NCBI RefSeq assembly: GCF_009914755.1
Contig: NC_060939.1
DNA length: 64,000 nucleotides
Reading direction: 5' to 3' (one strand)
Source of the DNA: the human T2T-CHM13v2.0 reference genome, Homo sapiens
The notes under the pieces are model-generated. The model did no database searches. It saw only the letters and a list, made by a program, of their open reading frames with translations, and was not told the origin of the DNA. Positions 1 through 15,940 of the stretch are shown here, one piece after another. Position 1 is the first letter of the stretch, and every line of letters starts with the position of its first letter. The translations under genes and the position numbers were made by a program.

Positions 1-937
1 CTATATTTGCTGTATAATTGTTCATCTCTCCATCACCATACTCATCCATTTTCATCTTCTTGCTGTGGTGGTGGTTGTATTTTTAAGTAAGTTGCCTGGT
101 CCCTAATCATGACTATGTGCTCAGCTTGCAGGAAACATATATTATATCCTGGGTCTTCCTGAGCCTTTCCTGAACCTCTCTCTTACAGAGACCTTGATAC
201 CTACTCATGACTGCCAGAGCCCTCCCAGTGGCCTCACCCAGAGCTCTATCCCCTATGCCTGGCATTGACAATTCTGATTCTTACTGTGCATTTCAAAGCA
301 AGGATGTTCGAGATGTTGTATCTATCATTTTACTTCCTCCCATGAAGAGACTTAACTGGAATTCTGAGAAAATGCTTTCTGATCCCCATCCCTTAGCACA
401 AGCCAAATAAAGGCTCTTTGTCTTTTAAGGCTCTGATAAATACCAACTCTTAAAGGCAGGTTGATTTAGCCTCTGGTTATTTTCCCCAGAGTTTTCTGGT
501 CTGGGCAGCCTCCCTCACCTTCCAGCCAGCCAATCCAGGTTGACCCTGGAGGAGAAGGAGCTCTCTGCTGGTGTGACTCACTGATGCCTCACTACTGCCC
601 TGGCCAGACTGCGAGGCTCAGAAGAAAGGTAGACATTGCTGGGTGGGGACTGCCCATTCATTTTTAAGTAAAGGCTTTCTCCCTTATGATAATATCACAA
701 TAATTGCCACGTAATGTGTGCATTCTGTCAGAAAATAATGGTGAGAAAGTTAAAACTTGGCCCTTCATGCAATTACAGAGAGAAACCGAGTCAAATACTA
801 TTTTATTTAACTCATTAATGAGGGAACCAGTGAGTTGGTAAAGCCAGCTCAAAGAAGCTTTTGAGGAACTTGGTATTTATTGGCATTTTGGAAAAAAAAA
901 AAAAAAGAGTGATAGAACAGAACCATTTTTAGGTAAG

Positions 938-1372
938 TGTGGGGGAAATTGTGATGGACCATTCAAATCAGCCACAGGTACCGTAGCTTCAGGAATATTG
1001 CCAGCAGAAAGAGCCCAGCTGTCAGCTCCATTTAGGACTACCTTGGCTGAAGACAGCCACCTTGTCTGAAGTCAGGCTTTCTTCCAGGGCAGCCTGCACC
1101 CAATGTCTGATCCATGAGCAGATAAAAAGACCAATTCTCTTACCACTGCTTGAATCTCTTGAAGGTCACTTATCCTGTATTCAGAACCTCCCATAGGGTC
1201 AGCTAAGCCTTCTGTTGCAACTGCATCCCATCCCCAATTCTCACTCTACCCAGACCTGCTTCTTTTCCTCCCTCTTACGTAGGGGTTCTAGGTTAGCCCC
1301 TAGAGTACCCTTGCATAAACTTGAGGCTCACTAGTGTTAATTCCAGGGTCAGCTTCATGGGAAATTCAATCT
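938..1372 (+). mobile_element. ERVL LTR, LTR16-like (old solo LTR)
   Basis: Motifs agagcccagctgtcagctcc, cttggctgaagacagccac, agggcagcctgcacccaatg resemble the LTR16 consensus. Confidence 0.55.
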
Positions 1373-1539
1373 CTACATATACAAAATTAGTGAATGTCTT
1401 ACAGGGTAATGTTTCTTTGACTTTGGGGTTTATCTTTTCTACTGTACAGCAATCTGTAAGTTAACACGCAGCTTCACAGTGTTCGTGCCCTTAATATATA
1501 GTAAATAGGAAAATCAAACCCAGGTATATTCCTCTGCAT

Positions 1540-1750
1540 CAGGGTTTGGGAAACTTACCACGTAAAGAGCTGTATAGTAAATATTTCAGGCTTTGCAGGC
1601 CATACTGTCTCTGTTGCTCTCTCACAACTCAACTCTGCTATAGCCGTGATGGCTACACAAATGGGCATGGCTGTGTTCCAGAGACACTCTACTTAACACA
1701 GACAGGTGGTGAATGGGATTTGGCCTTGGGCCATAGTATGTGGACCCCTG
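1540..1750. mobile_element. MER58A (hAT-Charlie MITE)
   Basis: caggg...cccctg termini; atagtaaatatttcaggctttgcaggcca; gggcatggctgtgttcca. Confidence 0.8.
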
Positions 1751-2544
1751 TCCTAGATAAATAAGTAATCCTGGGTTGGTCTGTTAAACAATGTTCCAGT
1801 ATGACATTGAAAGGACAGGCTGCCCCCTCCCCCCAGCTTTGCCCTTTTGACACTTGTAGAATATGATGTGTAATCTCCCCAACAGCCTACAAAGTGCTGA
1901 TATTACCACTTTGCAAATGAGGAAACAGGCTCAGGAAAGGTCTGTCTTTACTACTTAAGAAGATGATGGTTCTTGAATTGAACCTGGTAGATCTAACCCT
2001 GAGGCCCACTCTGTCCCCACTCGTATCGTCCTACCTTCCTCATTCATGGGATGCATTGGAGCAGTGTTTTTCATTACTATTTGGAGAAAAGCGCTAACAA
2101 ACAGAGCTGGCTGCAGATTCATAGAAGAAAGAGGTACGTGAAGAGTCCCTGCCCAGGCCATGTACCCTGGAATTTTCCCAGAATGGGCAGATTTACCTGT
2201 GAACAAGGTAACTGGAATGGAGGTAGGACTTATCCTCTGGCTCCAGAGGAATTTCCCAGCCTGGATAGTATTTTCCTGACCTGCATTTGTGACATGAGTA
2301 GGAGGTAAGAACAGCTTATTGTCCATAAAGGCATCCTGGCATGGAGTGGAGCTCTTATCTCAGCTGTGCCACACACTGACTGTGCCAAGCAAGCTCCTTG
2401 GTCAGCCTGAGACTCGGTTATCACAGCTAAGAAATGTGGAGGATCTTCCGTCTTACTCAGCTCTCTTTATAAATGTCCTTTAACACGGGGCCTAGATTCC
2501 AGTTCTGATTCCATATCTCACCAGCTGCGTGACTACTCCCCAGT

Positions 2545-2715
2545 AAGTTTCTGAAATCTCTCTGTGCTGAAATTTCCTTGTACGTAAAATGGGGATAATA
2601 ATAGTATTCCTTTAACATAGCTAATGTCACAATAAAATGAATTAATATCTGTTAAGCTGTTAGAACAATAATCTGGTGCATAGCAGGTGCTATGACAATG
2701 TTTTGTTACTGTTAT
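2545..2715. mobile_element. MIR fragment
   Basis: gtaaaatggggataataatagta core. Confidence 0.65.
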
Positions 2716-2874
2716 TTTTAGCACTTAGTATGATACTTGGCTAGTAATAGGTGCTGAATAAGGATTCTTCAATGCATAAATGAGCCACATAACAAATAAG
2801 CCTTAGAATAATTTCTAGAACTCAAATAGAGCTTTCTGCATTATGGGAAGATGCCTTATCTCTGCTCTTCTGCA

Positions 2875-3017
2875 AGGTAGGCACTAACTAGCCACATGTA
2901 GCTGATGAATACTTGACATGTGGGTAGTATGATTAAAGAGCTGCATTTTACATTTTATTTCATTTTAATTAATTTAAACTTAGCCACATGTGGCCAGTGG
3001 CTGTCCTGTTGGACAGC
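2875..3017. mobile_element. MER3/MER33-like hAT-Charlie relic
   Basis: actagccacatgt..., ttttaattaatttaaa, gccacatgtggccagtggct..ttggacagc. Confidence 0.7.
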
Positions 3018-3058
3018 CCTGTTCCAGTGGGCTCAGAGGTTGAGATTCACTTGGTCTG

Positions 3059-3424
3059 TGTCATAGTTGGTTTGGACTGCTATAACACGATACCATAAAC
3101 TGGGTGGCTTAGAAACAACAAACATTTATTTCTCATAGTTATGAAGGCTGGAAAGTCCAAGATCAAAGTACTGGCTGATCTGGTATCTGGTAAGGGCCTG
3201 CTTTCTGGTTGATAGATGGCACCTTCTCATTGTGTCCTCACCAGGCCAAAGGGTGTGGCAACTCTTTGGGGCCTCTGTTATAAGGGCACTAATCCCATTC
3301 ATGAGGGCCTCACCCTCATGACTTAATCACCTCCCAAAGGCTTCACCTCCTAATACTATCACATTGGTGGTTAGGTTTCAATATATGAACATTTTTAAAA
3401 GGACACAAACATTCAGACCGTACA
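3059..3424 (-). mobile_element. MLT1A-type MaLR solo LTR
   Basis: ctgctataaca..ataccataaactgggtggctta, aagtccaagatcaa, ataagggcactaatcccattcatgagggc; near-TSD gtctg/gtctt. Confidence 0.85.
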
Positions 3425-3524
3425 GTCTTTTATCAGCATTTCTCAAACATCCGTGGGTGGTTAACATGCAGCCAGAATTGAGAACAGAGTTAGAACTTTT
3501 AGGCCGGTACTTTTTCTTCTATTT

Positions 3525-4300
3525 ATCCATCTATCCATCTATTCGACAAATGTTTGTTAAGTTCCTGTTATACATCAGTTACTCTTCTAGGAACTAGCAA
3601 TCAGCAAAGATAAAGTCTTGGCTTTCAAAGAACTTGTACGCAGGTAGGGAACAGATGATTGAAAAGCACACAGTGAACAGGACACTTCTGGACAAGGTAC
3701 TTGAATGCCAGGAGGACCAAAAGTGTGTTGCCATAGCGACTGGATTGGAAGCGAAGGTGGTGCTGATCAAAGGAAGCCTTTCTCAGGAGGGGACGTTTGA
3801 GCTAAGACCTGCCTGGGGAGAAATCAGCCTTGTCATGATCTGGGATAAGAGTGTTCCAGGCAGATGCAGTAGCACATTGTCTCAAGTTGAGGATGGGTTT
3901 GATCTGTTTGCAGAACAGCAAGGCAACTGGTGTGGTTTGAATGGTAAACATATGGGATGGTGGTAGGAAATGAGGTTGGAGAGGAGGGCAGGGGTGGGGG
4001 GTTTTATAGCATCTTGCAGGCCAGGAGGGTCCGGAGTTAGGATTTTATTCCAGGCCCATGGGGAGCCATTGGAAAATACTGAGTAACTTGCCATGATGTG
4101 ACTTTGGTACTCAAAATATCTAATTGCCATGTAGTGTGCATGGACAATGGGGAGAGGCATGGCAGGTGTGGTGGTATCTCAGGTGAGGGGTTGATGGTCG
4201 CCAGGTCATAGGTGGTAGCAGTGGAGACAGAGGAGTGGACAGATTGGAATCTGCCAAGGTAGGGCCAAGTGATGGGTGGATTAGATGTCTGAAGGCAGCA
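3525..4300. mobile_element. L2 fragment(s)
   Basis: Degenerate L2 3' motifs (attcgacaaatgtttgtt, gagtgttccaggcaga, ggggagccattggaa). Confidence 0.6.
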
Positions 4301-6167
4301 GAGGCAATGGAGGAGGGTCCCCAGCACTGTGTTGCCATGGAGTGGACAGTGGGGCTGAAGACCCGTGTAGCCCGAGGCAGCATTTTTGACTTGAATGTTC
4401 ATATGTACCACTGGGGATCTTGGTAAAATGTAGAATTTGACTCTGTGGGTCTGGGGCAGGGTCTGAGATTTTTGAATTTCTAAAAGGCTCTCTGGTGATG
4501 TCAGCTACTCCTGCTGGAGCCCCACTTGACTGAGCAAGGGCTTACTCACCCTCACCCTGCACATGCTTCTGCCACACAGAGGCACAGAACAGTGAAACCC
4601 CCGGAGGGACAGGGAGTGCGTAGAAGCAGGTTGTAGCTCGCCTGCAAGAACTCTCAAGAATCAAGGTTGAGTCTGTTGTTCCTAATCCATACCTGCATCC
4701 TGGACTTGTGGCTGTGAGTCTCCAGAGACTCAAGGCATTTGCTTTGTGAGGACACAGAAGTCCCTGCTTTTTTGTTTGTCCTTTAGGAACAGAGTTCCTG
4801 GGCAATTATTTCACAGCCTGTAGCAGTGTAGGTACATCTCTTCAAGTCCAATCTTTAGAACTGCTTTGAGGGGATGTATTTTACATGAAAAAGAAGCCTT
4901 TAAAGCAAAATGAGCTGTGGGCGTGAAGGCAGTGTGACTCCCTGTGTGTAAGAACCCTGTGCTAGTAACACAGTGCACTTTCTTGGTGTCTGGGAGAAAT
5001 GAGACTTTATCACTAGAGATATTAATAATATGATGATCAGTTTCAGCAGAAAGGAAGTTTAACTCCAAAGTGGTTCCTCTAGCTGTGGGTTCATTTCTTC
5101 ATGAAACAATGAACCAGGAAAGGAAGTGTCAAGTAGTTTAATGTGATGCATATTTGTTGCTATACCAGGCCATAGGATTTAGGGCTGTTTTAAAATGAGT
5201 GTATTTCTTGTATACAAGGGGCTAGCTCAACCATAGTGGTCATCCAGGGCTTGCATACAATGTTTTATTGACGCAGGACTTCATATGGAAGCTTTTTGTA
5301 AATGAAACTAACATTTGATTACTGGGAGAAAATTACTGTGACTAGCCATCTGGTTTCCCAGCCAATACTGTTGATTCATAGTGCTTCTAGTAGTTCTTAA
5401 TAATCTGTCTCATTTCATATGATATGAGATATTGAAGCTATTTTCTTGACTTCCTCCAGCCTAAACACTTAGGGTTATTGCACCAAGCGTGCACTCTAGC
5501 TTTCTTCTATCTAATCTTTTGAGTTGCCAAGTGCCATGGCATTTATCGTTACAGGTTATTAAATTATGTGGTGTTTTCCATTTTTATTATGTTCTTCACT
5601 TCTAATAAATGCAAATCTTCTCTTCAGAGCCCACACAGATTTTTCAAAACTAGGCAGTGTCAAGGACAATGAACTGTGTAGACCCAGCCTTACTCAAAAC
5701 TACCAGTGTCCTTTCTTGTTTTCCAGTAGGAAGCTATTCAGTTAAAAGCACTCAACCTGTTTGTCATTTTGCTCCTCTAAAGAAGCCTAAATCCTTCAGT
5801 TCTCAATGTTTGTGTCTCCTATTTGTTTCTCTTCCATTTTCGCAATTACAGCTAACTCCAGAGATAAAACAGGCATGGTTTAAGAGTCCTTAATGAAATA
5901 TCTGCAGTTCATAATATGGTTGTAGAATTAAAGCAGGGCCTTTTCCTGTGTTGGAAGAAATGCTCCCGGCATAAGCATATGCACCTCTCTATCCTCTAAC
6001 TCTGGAAACCAGCATGTTACATCCTGGATGAGGACTCAGAGTGATGGCCCCATCACAAAGCTGAAAAAACTTTTCTTTATCTGCCAAAAAAATAAAAGTC
6101 AGATCCATGGTGCAGTCACGATTGCTTCTCTGAGGTAGGACTCCAGGTAGAAATGACACTTGGAGGT

Positions 6168-6529
6168 TGATAGGTTTGGTTGTGTCCCCATCCAAATCTC
6201 ATCTTGAATTGTAGCTCCATAATCCCCAGATGTTGTGGGAGGGACCCAGTGGGAGGTAATTGACTCATGGGGGTGGGTTTTCCCGTGCTGTTCTCGTGAT
6301 AGTGAATAAGTCTCATGAGATCTGATGGTTTTATAAAGGGCAAATCTTCTGTGCACACTGTCTTGCCTGCTGCCATGTAAGACATGCCTTTGCTTCTCTG
6401 CCACCTTCCACCATGATTGTGAGGCCTCCCCAGCCATGTGGAACTGTGAGTCCATTAAACCTCTTTTTCTTTACGAATTACCCAGTCTCAGGTATGTCTT
6501 TATTAGCAGTGTGAGAACAGACTAATACA
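6168..6529 (+). mobile_element. THE1 (THE1B/C-like) MaLR solo LTR, sense to the host gene
   Basis: TG...CA termini; tgataggtttggttgtgtccccatccaaatctcatcttgaattg start; cagactaataca end; perfect 5-bp TSD GAGGT at 6163-6167 and 6530-6534. Confidence 0.93.
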
Positions 6530-6923
6530 GAGGTGCTTTTTCTGGAGGGACACTCTGATTAGTGTGAATAAAGGTGAGTCTTATGTAAGATGTTTATCAT
6601 CAGGACATGCTGTATCTTGTAAGAAAATAATCCAAATGGTACTTAGAATATGTCTCATTGATACCAGCCTTGATGCTGAGGAGAGGTATTGTGGGCTTTT
6701 AGGAGCCAGACAGTCCTGGGTGAAACCTGTCTCTGCCCCTTGTAGCTCTGTGATTTTAGGAACGATATGTCACTTTTGTGATCTTTAGTTGCCTCTAAAA
6801 AATGGAGATGATAATGCCATTTTAGCAGCTGGAAAGTTGTGAGAAATCAAAGTAACCGTAAGATAAGTTCCTACCACACTATTTGCCATTGTCTATACAA
6901 TTGTTGCTTTTAAAATAAAGACA

Positions 6924-7221
<298 letters not shown>

Positions 7222-9354
7222 CCCCCAAAACTTATAAAGCTGGATGTTCCAACTAATGTCCTATCCTGGTTTTTAAATTTCTTTGGATCAAAATAAAAAA
7301 CTCAACAGGCTTCTTCTGATTTCTGACAGTTTCTTTTGTGCTGGTGCCTTTGACTATCTCAAAACGTGGCTGCAGGTGTTTTCCCTAGCTGATGAAATGC
7401 TGGGACTGTCCTCTTGATAAAGTTAGTCTCCCTGGACAGTGGCGGCAGAGTGGATTGGTGTGCTCCCATGTGCTAGGCTGAGTCTACCCTGCAGCGTGGG
7501 CTCCAGCAGCAGTGTGTTAAGGGCAGTGTTGGAACAGACTGTTCTCTCTATTTTCTGACCTGCTCAGGCATCCTGCAATGGATGACATGTGAGCATGAGG
7601 ATGGGTGCGGGAGGCGAAAGGCAGCTGAAACTGCAGGGCAGAGCCAGGCGAAGTTGAGAACAAGAAGGAATCGCTGCTCTACACACACGGGGTTTTTAAA
7701 TTAGAAAGATATCATGAGATGCAGAAAGCAGGTGCTCATGGTTTGTTTCTGTTGTTCTTGGCTTGCGTTAAGGTGCCTCTCTCGACACGGTTTTCTAAGT
7801 GTGAAGTTGGAGCTAGTGTGACCCAGTTAACATTATAGGGCTCTGTCATTTCTGGGGATGCATCTGGTGACCATCCATCATGTACCAAACACCTGCCTAA
7901 GAACAGAGCCGTGTGCCTGTGTCACTGGTGCACACAGCAACATGCTCTAAGCTTGTCGATCCCCAGTTAGGCAATAACCACTTTCTCACTGAGGTAAAGA
8001 AGGCCTTGTCCTGTAACTGGAGAGACAATGCCTCTATTCTAGACGCTTGAGATCACAGTCTTTCCAGAGAGTGCATTTCCTTTTACATTTGCTAATATTT
8101 CTAATACTGTATTAGACTTGCTTGTCTATGCAATTTCCCCAAACAATGTGTCTCTCTTGGCTTTCAGCTTTTATTAGACACAAACATCTCATTTCTGTAA
8201 TTGTTCTCCTGTCAGGCCTGGCTCCATTATTATCTGGCCTCCAGAGCAATTTGAGTCTCTTCTGGAGGGCTGAGAAGGCTGCACTCCCTTCCTCATTTCC
8301 AGTGGATCTGGGAAAACTCAGCTAAAGGAATTTAACATTTCGATCCGCAAGATACTAACATCATCCTCAGTGGGTTGACATCTTCTTCTTCCCTTAACTG
8401 TGAGACTCCAGAGCATGCATTTTGGATGGAGTTGATATCACTTCTAGTGGAGGGAAAATTACTTCTGGGTGGGGGAGGGAGGCAAAAACTTACTCTTTTT
8501 ATGTATAAAGCAAAATATACATATTATGAATATATAGAGAGATTTACATTTTATTGGTAGTATTAAAATTTCATGGGGGGACAATTAGGAAGAAATGTCT
8601 AAAAAGGTTCTTGGAGGTGATAATGAAGAGAGGTTAAAAAACTGCTGCGAATTTTATTCTTCGTGGCTCCTATCACCCAGTCACAACAAATAATGCGTAA
8701 AATGAAACTCTTTAGTTCTGTCTTTGGGATGAAGAGTGGCCAAGTGCCATATGGGAAGGAGGGAAGGGCTGGTGTGTTCCCAAGTGAAGAGCAATTCAAA
8801 ACTCCTTGGAGAGAGTCATCAATGAGGTTTAAACAGCATTGGAATCTCCCAGAGGGTTTCAACATACCAACTCCTGGGTTCTGCAAATGTACCCCAGAAA
8901 CATTCTGGAACTCTGGACAGCACTTGAGTGATTCCTAAATATCCAGGCCAACACAATGTCTGTAACCTCTGATGTAGAACAGGGAGAGAGAGTGACTTAG
9001 AAGGGAAGCTAGTTCAGTGTGGGGGGGATGGGGCTATTTTGCAGGCGTTTCCCTAACTAGCTCCCTTCACCTCTGTGCTTTGGTAAACTAGACAGTACCT
9101 GGTTAGTTCACCAACTGTCCCCCTGCCTTTTCCACTTTGATGCATTTGCTTATTGAGTGGTCTCTACTTGGAGTTCCCTTTCTTTTATCATAACCTAACA
9201 ACATTCTATTTACTCTATAAGATGTATGTAGTTCCAACGTGACTCCTCTTGCAGGAAGCTTTTTGTGAACCTCTCCCAGTTCTGCCCTATTTTTTCATTG
9301 CATTTACCACATTCCACCTTACATTTTGATCATTTCTGTGCATTGTCTTTTTTC

Positions 9355-11950
<2,596 letters not shown>

Positions 11951-11951
11951 C

Positions 11952-12084
11952 TTTTTTTAAGAGACAAGAGTCTCACTCACTGTGTCACCCAGGCTGTAGT
12001 GCAGTGACATGATCATAGTTCACTGAAACCTCAAACTCCTAGGCTCAAGTGATTCTCCCACCCCAGCCTCCTGAGCAGCTAGGG
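11952..12084 (-). mobile_element. Truncated AluJ/monomer fragment
   Basis: gtcacccaggctgtagtgcagtgacatgatcatagttcactg...ctcctaggctcaagtgat. Confidence 0.85.
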
Positions 12085-12519
12085 CTCTCTCCAGTGTGTG
12101 CTCATGGCTTTCTGGTCAACCAGAGATAATGGGGAGCGCTTAAGGATCCCTATGGCTGATCCCTGTCTTCCGTTTAAAATTCTGTTTAGTTTGCCAGTCT
12201 TTTGCTTGCCCCAACCAGCACTACTGGTTGCAGCCTCAGGGTAGCTGAGGGGGATTTCCTTGTTTATTTGCAATCAATATTGCTTTCCCTGCCACTGTTC
12301 TGCCAACCTACATGGGAGTAGGAGGGAGGGCAAGAACCAGATTCCCACTGATCTATCCAGAAGTTTTAAATGAATTAGTGCTCCTCAGTTTGTTGTATGT
12401 TTTGTCCAGAGTCTTGAAATGGTTGTTTTTGACAGTTTTATCATTGTTTTTGAGAGGATTTGCCAGGCTTCTCACACTGCCATTCTAGCCCCACTGCCTT
12501 TTTCCTTCTAGAGAGGAAA

Positions 12520-12780
12520 ACTCATGGGGCAGATAAAGTGTGGACTCTGGCACCGGATTGCCTGGGCTTGAATCCTGACCCTGCCATTTGCAAGCTGCAA
12601 GACCTTCGGCAAATTACTAGACCTTGGACAAATGACTTAACTTTTGTGCTTCTGTATCTTCATCTGCAAATTCGAAATAATAATAGTACTTACGTAACAA
12701 GGTTGTTGTAAGAATGAAATGGATTCATCTACATAGTGATAGCAGCGGTGCTTGTTACTGCAAATGCAATATGTTAGCTC
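12520..12780. mobile_element. MIR
   Basis: tggactctggcaccggattgcctgggcttgaatcct, catctgcaaa..aataatagtact. Confidence 0.7.
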
Positions 12781-15046
12781 TTTTACTTGGTGCAGCAAGG
12801 GCAGGGACTGTATCTTACTTGGCACTTTAAACCTTGCCCCACCATCCTTGGTCTGGTGGCTCGCACGTAGTCAGCTCATTGGATTCTCAGATCATCTTTC
12901 TTAAGTGATGCTTGACATACGGAGGAAATGAGGACAGCTCTCAGAGTAACTGAAGATGCGAGGAGGAGGGACTGCAGGGGACCTGAGGAACAGATGGCCT
13001 GGTGCCTCGTTGAGGCCAAAGGTTGGTCAGTGTGTTTTCCCTCCTAGCTCTAGGAACTGCCCAAATTGCCTGGTGCTGCTCAGAAGCCATTGAATTTGAG
13101 ATGAGGTCTGTACACTTGCATTTCCAATCCAAGAAGTTAATTAGCACAATTGCCACCATTTCAGAAGCTCTCTTGTTTCGGGCACTTCAGGAACGGACAG
13201 GACAGTGTGGCGAGGATGCTGATTTTTAGGTATTTTTGCAAAAGGGAGTGGTTGTGGGGGAGCTGTGGGAGAGCAGGGGGTCTTATGGTGTGTACTCACC
13301 AACCTCAGCTGTTTCTCACCCACACAGAGCCATCGAGCAAATGAGAGATTGGTGCCTTTTCCTCCAGTGGACACAGCTAGGGTGAACAAAGTATGGGAGG
13401 CCTTTGTGGAGGGAGGCATATGTCCTACGCAGCTGTATGCAGTGATCCTGGCTTAGCCACCACGTGTCCAGCTCTGTGCTCAGGAGCAGGGCAGCATGGC
13501 CATAAGATGGTAGCCATAGATGTGAAATCTGCTTACATGGGTTTGACTGAGGTGTACCGAGCAAATGGGGACTTTCTTATGATTCTTAACAGAAGGACTG
13601 AAGGAGGATGGCAGTGACAAGAAAGGTGATTGTTGAATTGAAGTTGTTGTTGTACATGGATGAGGATTGGGTGTGCTTGTGGAGAGGGCAGGGGTGGAGC
13701 CGGTGGAGAGGGTGAGAGTGAAGAGGAGGAAACAGGACACAGTGATGGAGAAAGGTCTTCAGGAGATGGGAAGGAGTGGGTCGGGTAGAGGGATCTGTGT
13801 TCAGCGGGAGGGAGGGCCACGCTTTTCCTGGGTGGAGGTGAGGTGCCCCACAGCACATGCCCTCACTTCCCCTTCCTCTGAAGAGGGTCCCACGTTTAGC
13901 TTCAGCAGGAAGAGGCACTGCTGTTATATCATGCACGGATGTTCACCTCTCTACTCCTGTGGTCAATTACAGGTACACCTTTTGGTATTTATTTGGGTAC
14001 TTATCAGTATAGCATTTTTAGCACCTTGACCAGATACTGTGCATCCAACAAGTAGGAAACTGTTTTACTCCTGGGGGAGCGAGACCAAGTAGTGATATGT
14101 CTACTCTTCTCCTAACGCTGGGGGAGTAGAATTAAACTGGGCGTCAGGTGTGCCATTTGCAGGTGCGTGATACATTGCAAATTGCTTCATTCCTCTGGGC
14201 TTCCGGTTCCTCCTAGTAGACTGCAAGGAATGGACTAGATCATATCAACATCCAATTAGCAGTTAATATCCATTGGTCCTGTGATCAGTCACTCTGTATC
14301 TCAGATGAAGCCAGTGAGGGTGTTTTGTGCCTGAGATACACTAAAATAGGAGTAGAAGGACACACAGGTCAATCAGAGCAGCAAGCTGGCAGAGGCAGGT
14401 CGGGGAAGGTGAGTTCTTATGGTTCGTGGTTGTTTTCTTCACTGCTCTGAAACTAAAATTGGACTTTGTTATTATTCTGGAAGCTTTTTAATGCTGCATA
14501 TAGGAGGATGCTATTTTGTTCTGACCTGTGTTTATTCCATACCTGCATGCACAAGCTTTGGTAATCATATTATTTTATTAGCGTATTTATGGAGGTTCAT
14601 TTCCAAGAGAGGATATAATTAGGTGGAAATTGGTTATCTTGATAGTTACAATTTAACCCTACCTCTCTGATGGTTTGCTCTTGAGGAATTTACATACAAT
14701 GATTTTGTACCCTGACCTGGTAGAGATGGGTTGTAAGCAGTACAGTCCTATGGAATTACAAGTAGAATTTGAAGGCCAAGAGAAAAAGAAATGAGATGCT
14801 TACGCTCATCCCTAACATTCCACATCATTGCTCTCACATGGCTGCAGGCTTGGGTCTGAGATTCCTGGGAACCAAAGCAAACAGGGAAATACAGCTATAA
14901 TCACATTATTTATAGACTTTGGTTGGGTGTAGCTAAGGTGAGAGAAACAGTAGAACTAGTTCCCAGGAGAAGCAGAGCTTTTGCTAGACCTTAATTTTAA
15001 AAATATCTCATATCTGCCTTAAACCAATGTTTCTGATAGTGTATAT

Positions 15047-15353
15047 AGCTATCCCTTGGGATCTGTGGGATATCCAGAGCCCTCTGCAGATACCAAAATC
15101 TGAAGAAGCTCAAGTCAGTCAAAGAACATAGTATAGCATTGGACTTTAACTTATGCAATCCTCTCATACACTTTAAATCTTCTCTAGATTTCTTGTGATA
15201 CCTAATGCAGTATAAATGGTTCTTATACTATTGGTTTTTAATTTAGTTATTTTGATTGCTGTGTTGTTATTTTTTTTATTTTTTTCCGGATATTTTGGAT
15301 CCATGGTCGATCGAATCCCTGGATGGACCTGTGGAAATGGATGGCAGCCTGTA
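15047..15353. mobile_element. MER2 (TcMar-Tigger MITE)
   Basis: gataccaaaatctgaagaagctcaagtc, ctcatacactttaaatcttctctaga; TA-rich flanks. Confidence 0.75.
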
Positions 15354-15734
15354 TATATGTTTTCAAGGGATGCTTAGTTTTTTGTTTTTTTTTTAAGTTA
15401 CGTGGTCAAGGGAGTTTCAGGAAATGCTACATAATATATATTTTGATGGATTTTTGACAGTAAATGTTACCATTTGGAAAACTTATAAAAGTCTTGTAAA
15501 GAAAACTATTTCTCTTTGTTCAACCCAGAGTTTTAAAAATTTCATATGACCTCAGAACTCTTTTTCCTCCTTATATAACTTTTAACAATAAGTAAACTTA
15601 TCGTTATTTTTAGGGCAAGTTTGGTCACCAATTTGCTTGTGGCTGCCCCTGCTTAGCTGATAGGCCCATTAGCCTTCACCCCCAAGTCGGGCCACCTTGC
15701 TGACGCAGGGGCACAGTGCTTGGTCACTTGGGTG

Positions 15735-15940
15735 CTATGGGACCAGTGGGGTTGGGCGTCAATCCTGGCTCTGCACCTTAGCTGCGTGGCATCAATGGGA
15801 TAGTTATCTTCTCTGGGCTCAGGTTCCTCATCTGTAGAATGGGATAGTAATATTTCTGCCTCATGGAATCATAGTGGAGAGTAAGTGTGTCAGAATACGT
15901 AAAGCGCTCCATACTGGACTTGGCATAAGTAATAACAAAT
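15735..15940. mobile_element. MIR
   Basis: caatcctggctctgcac, ttcctcatctgtagaatgggatagtaata. Confidence 0.7.
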
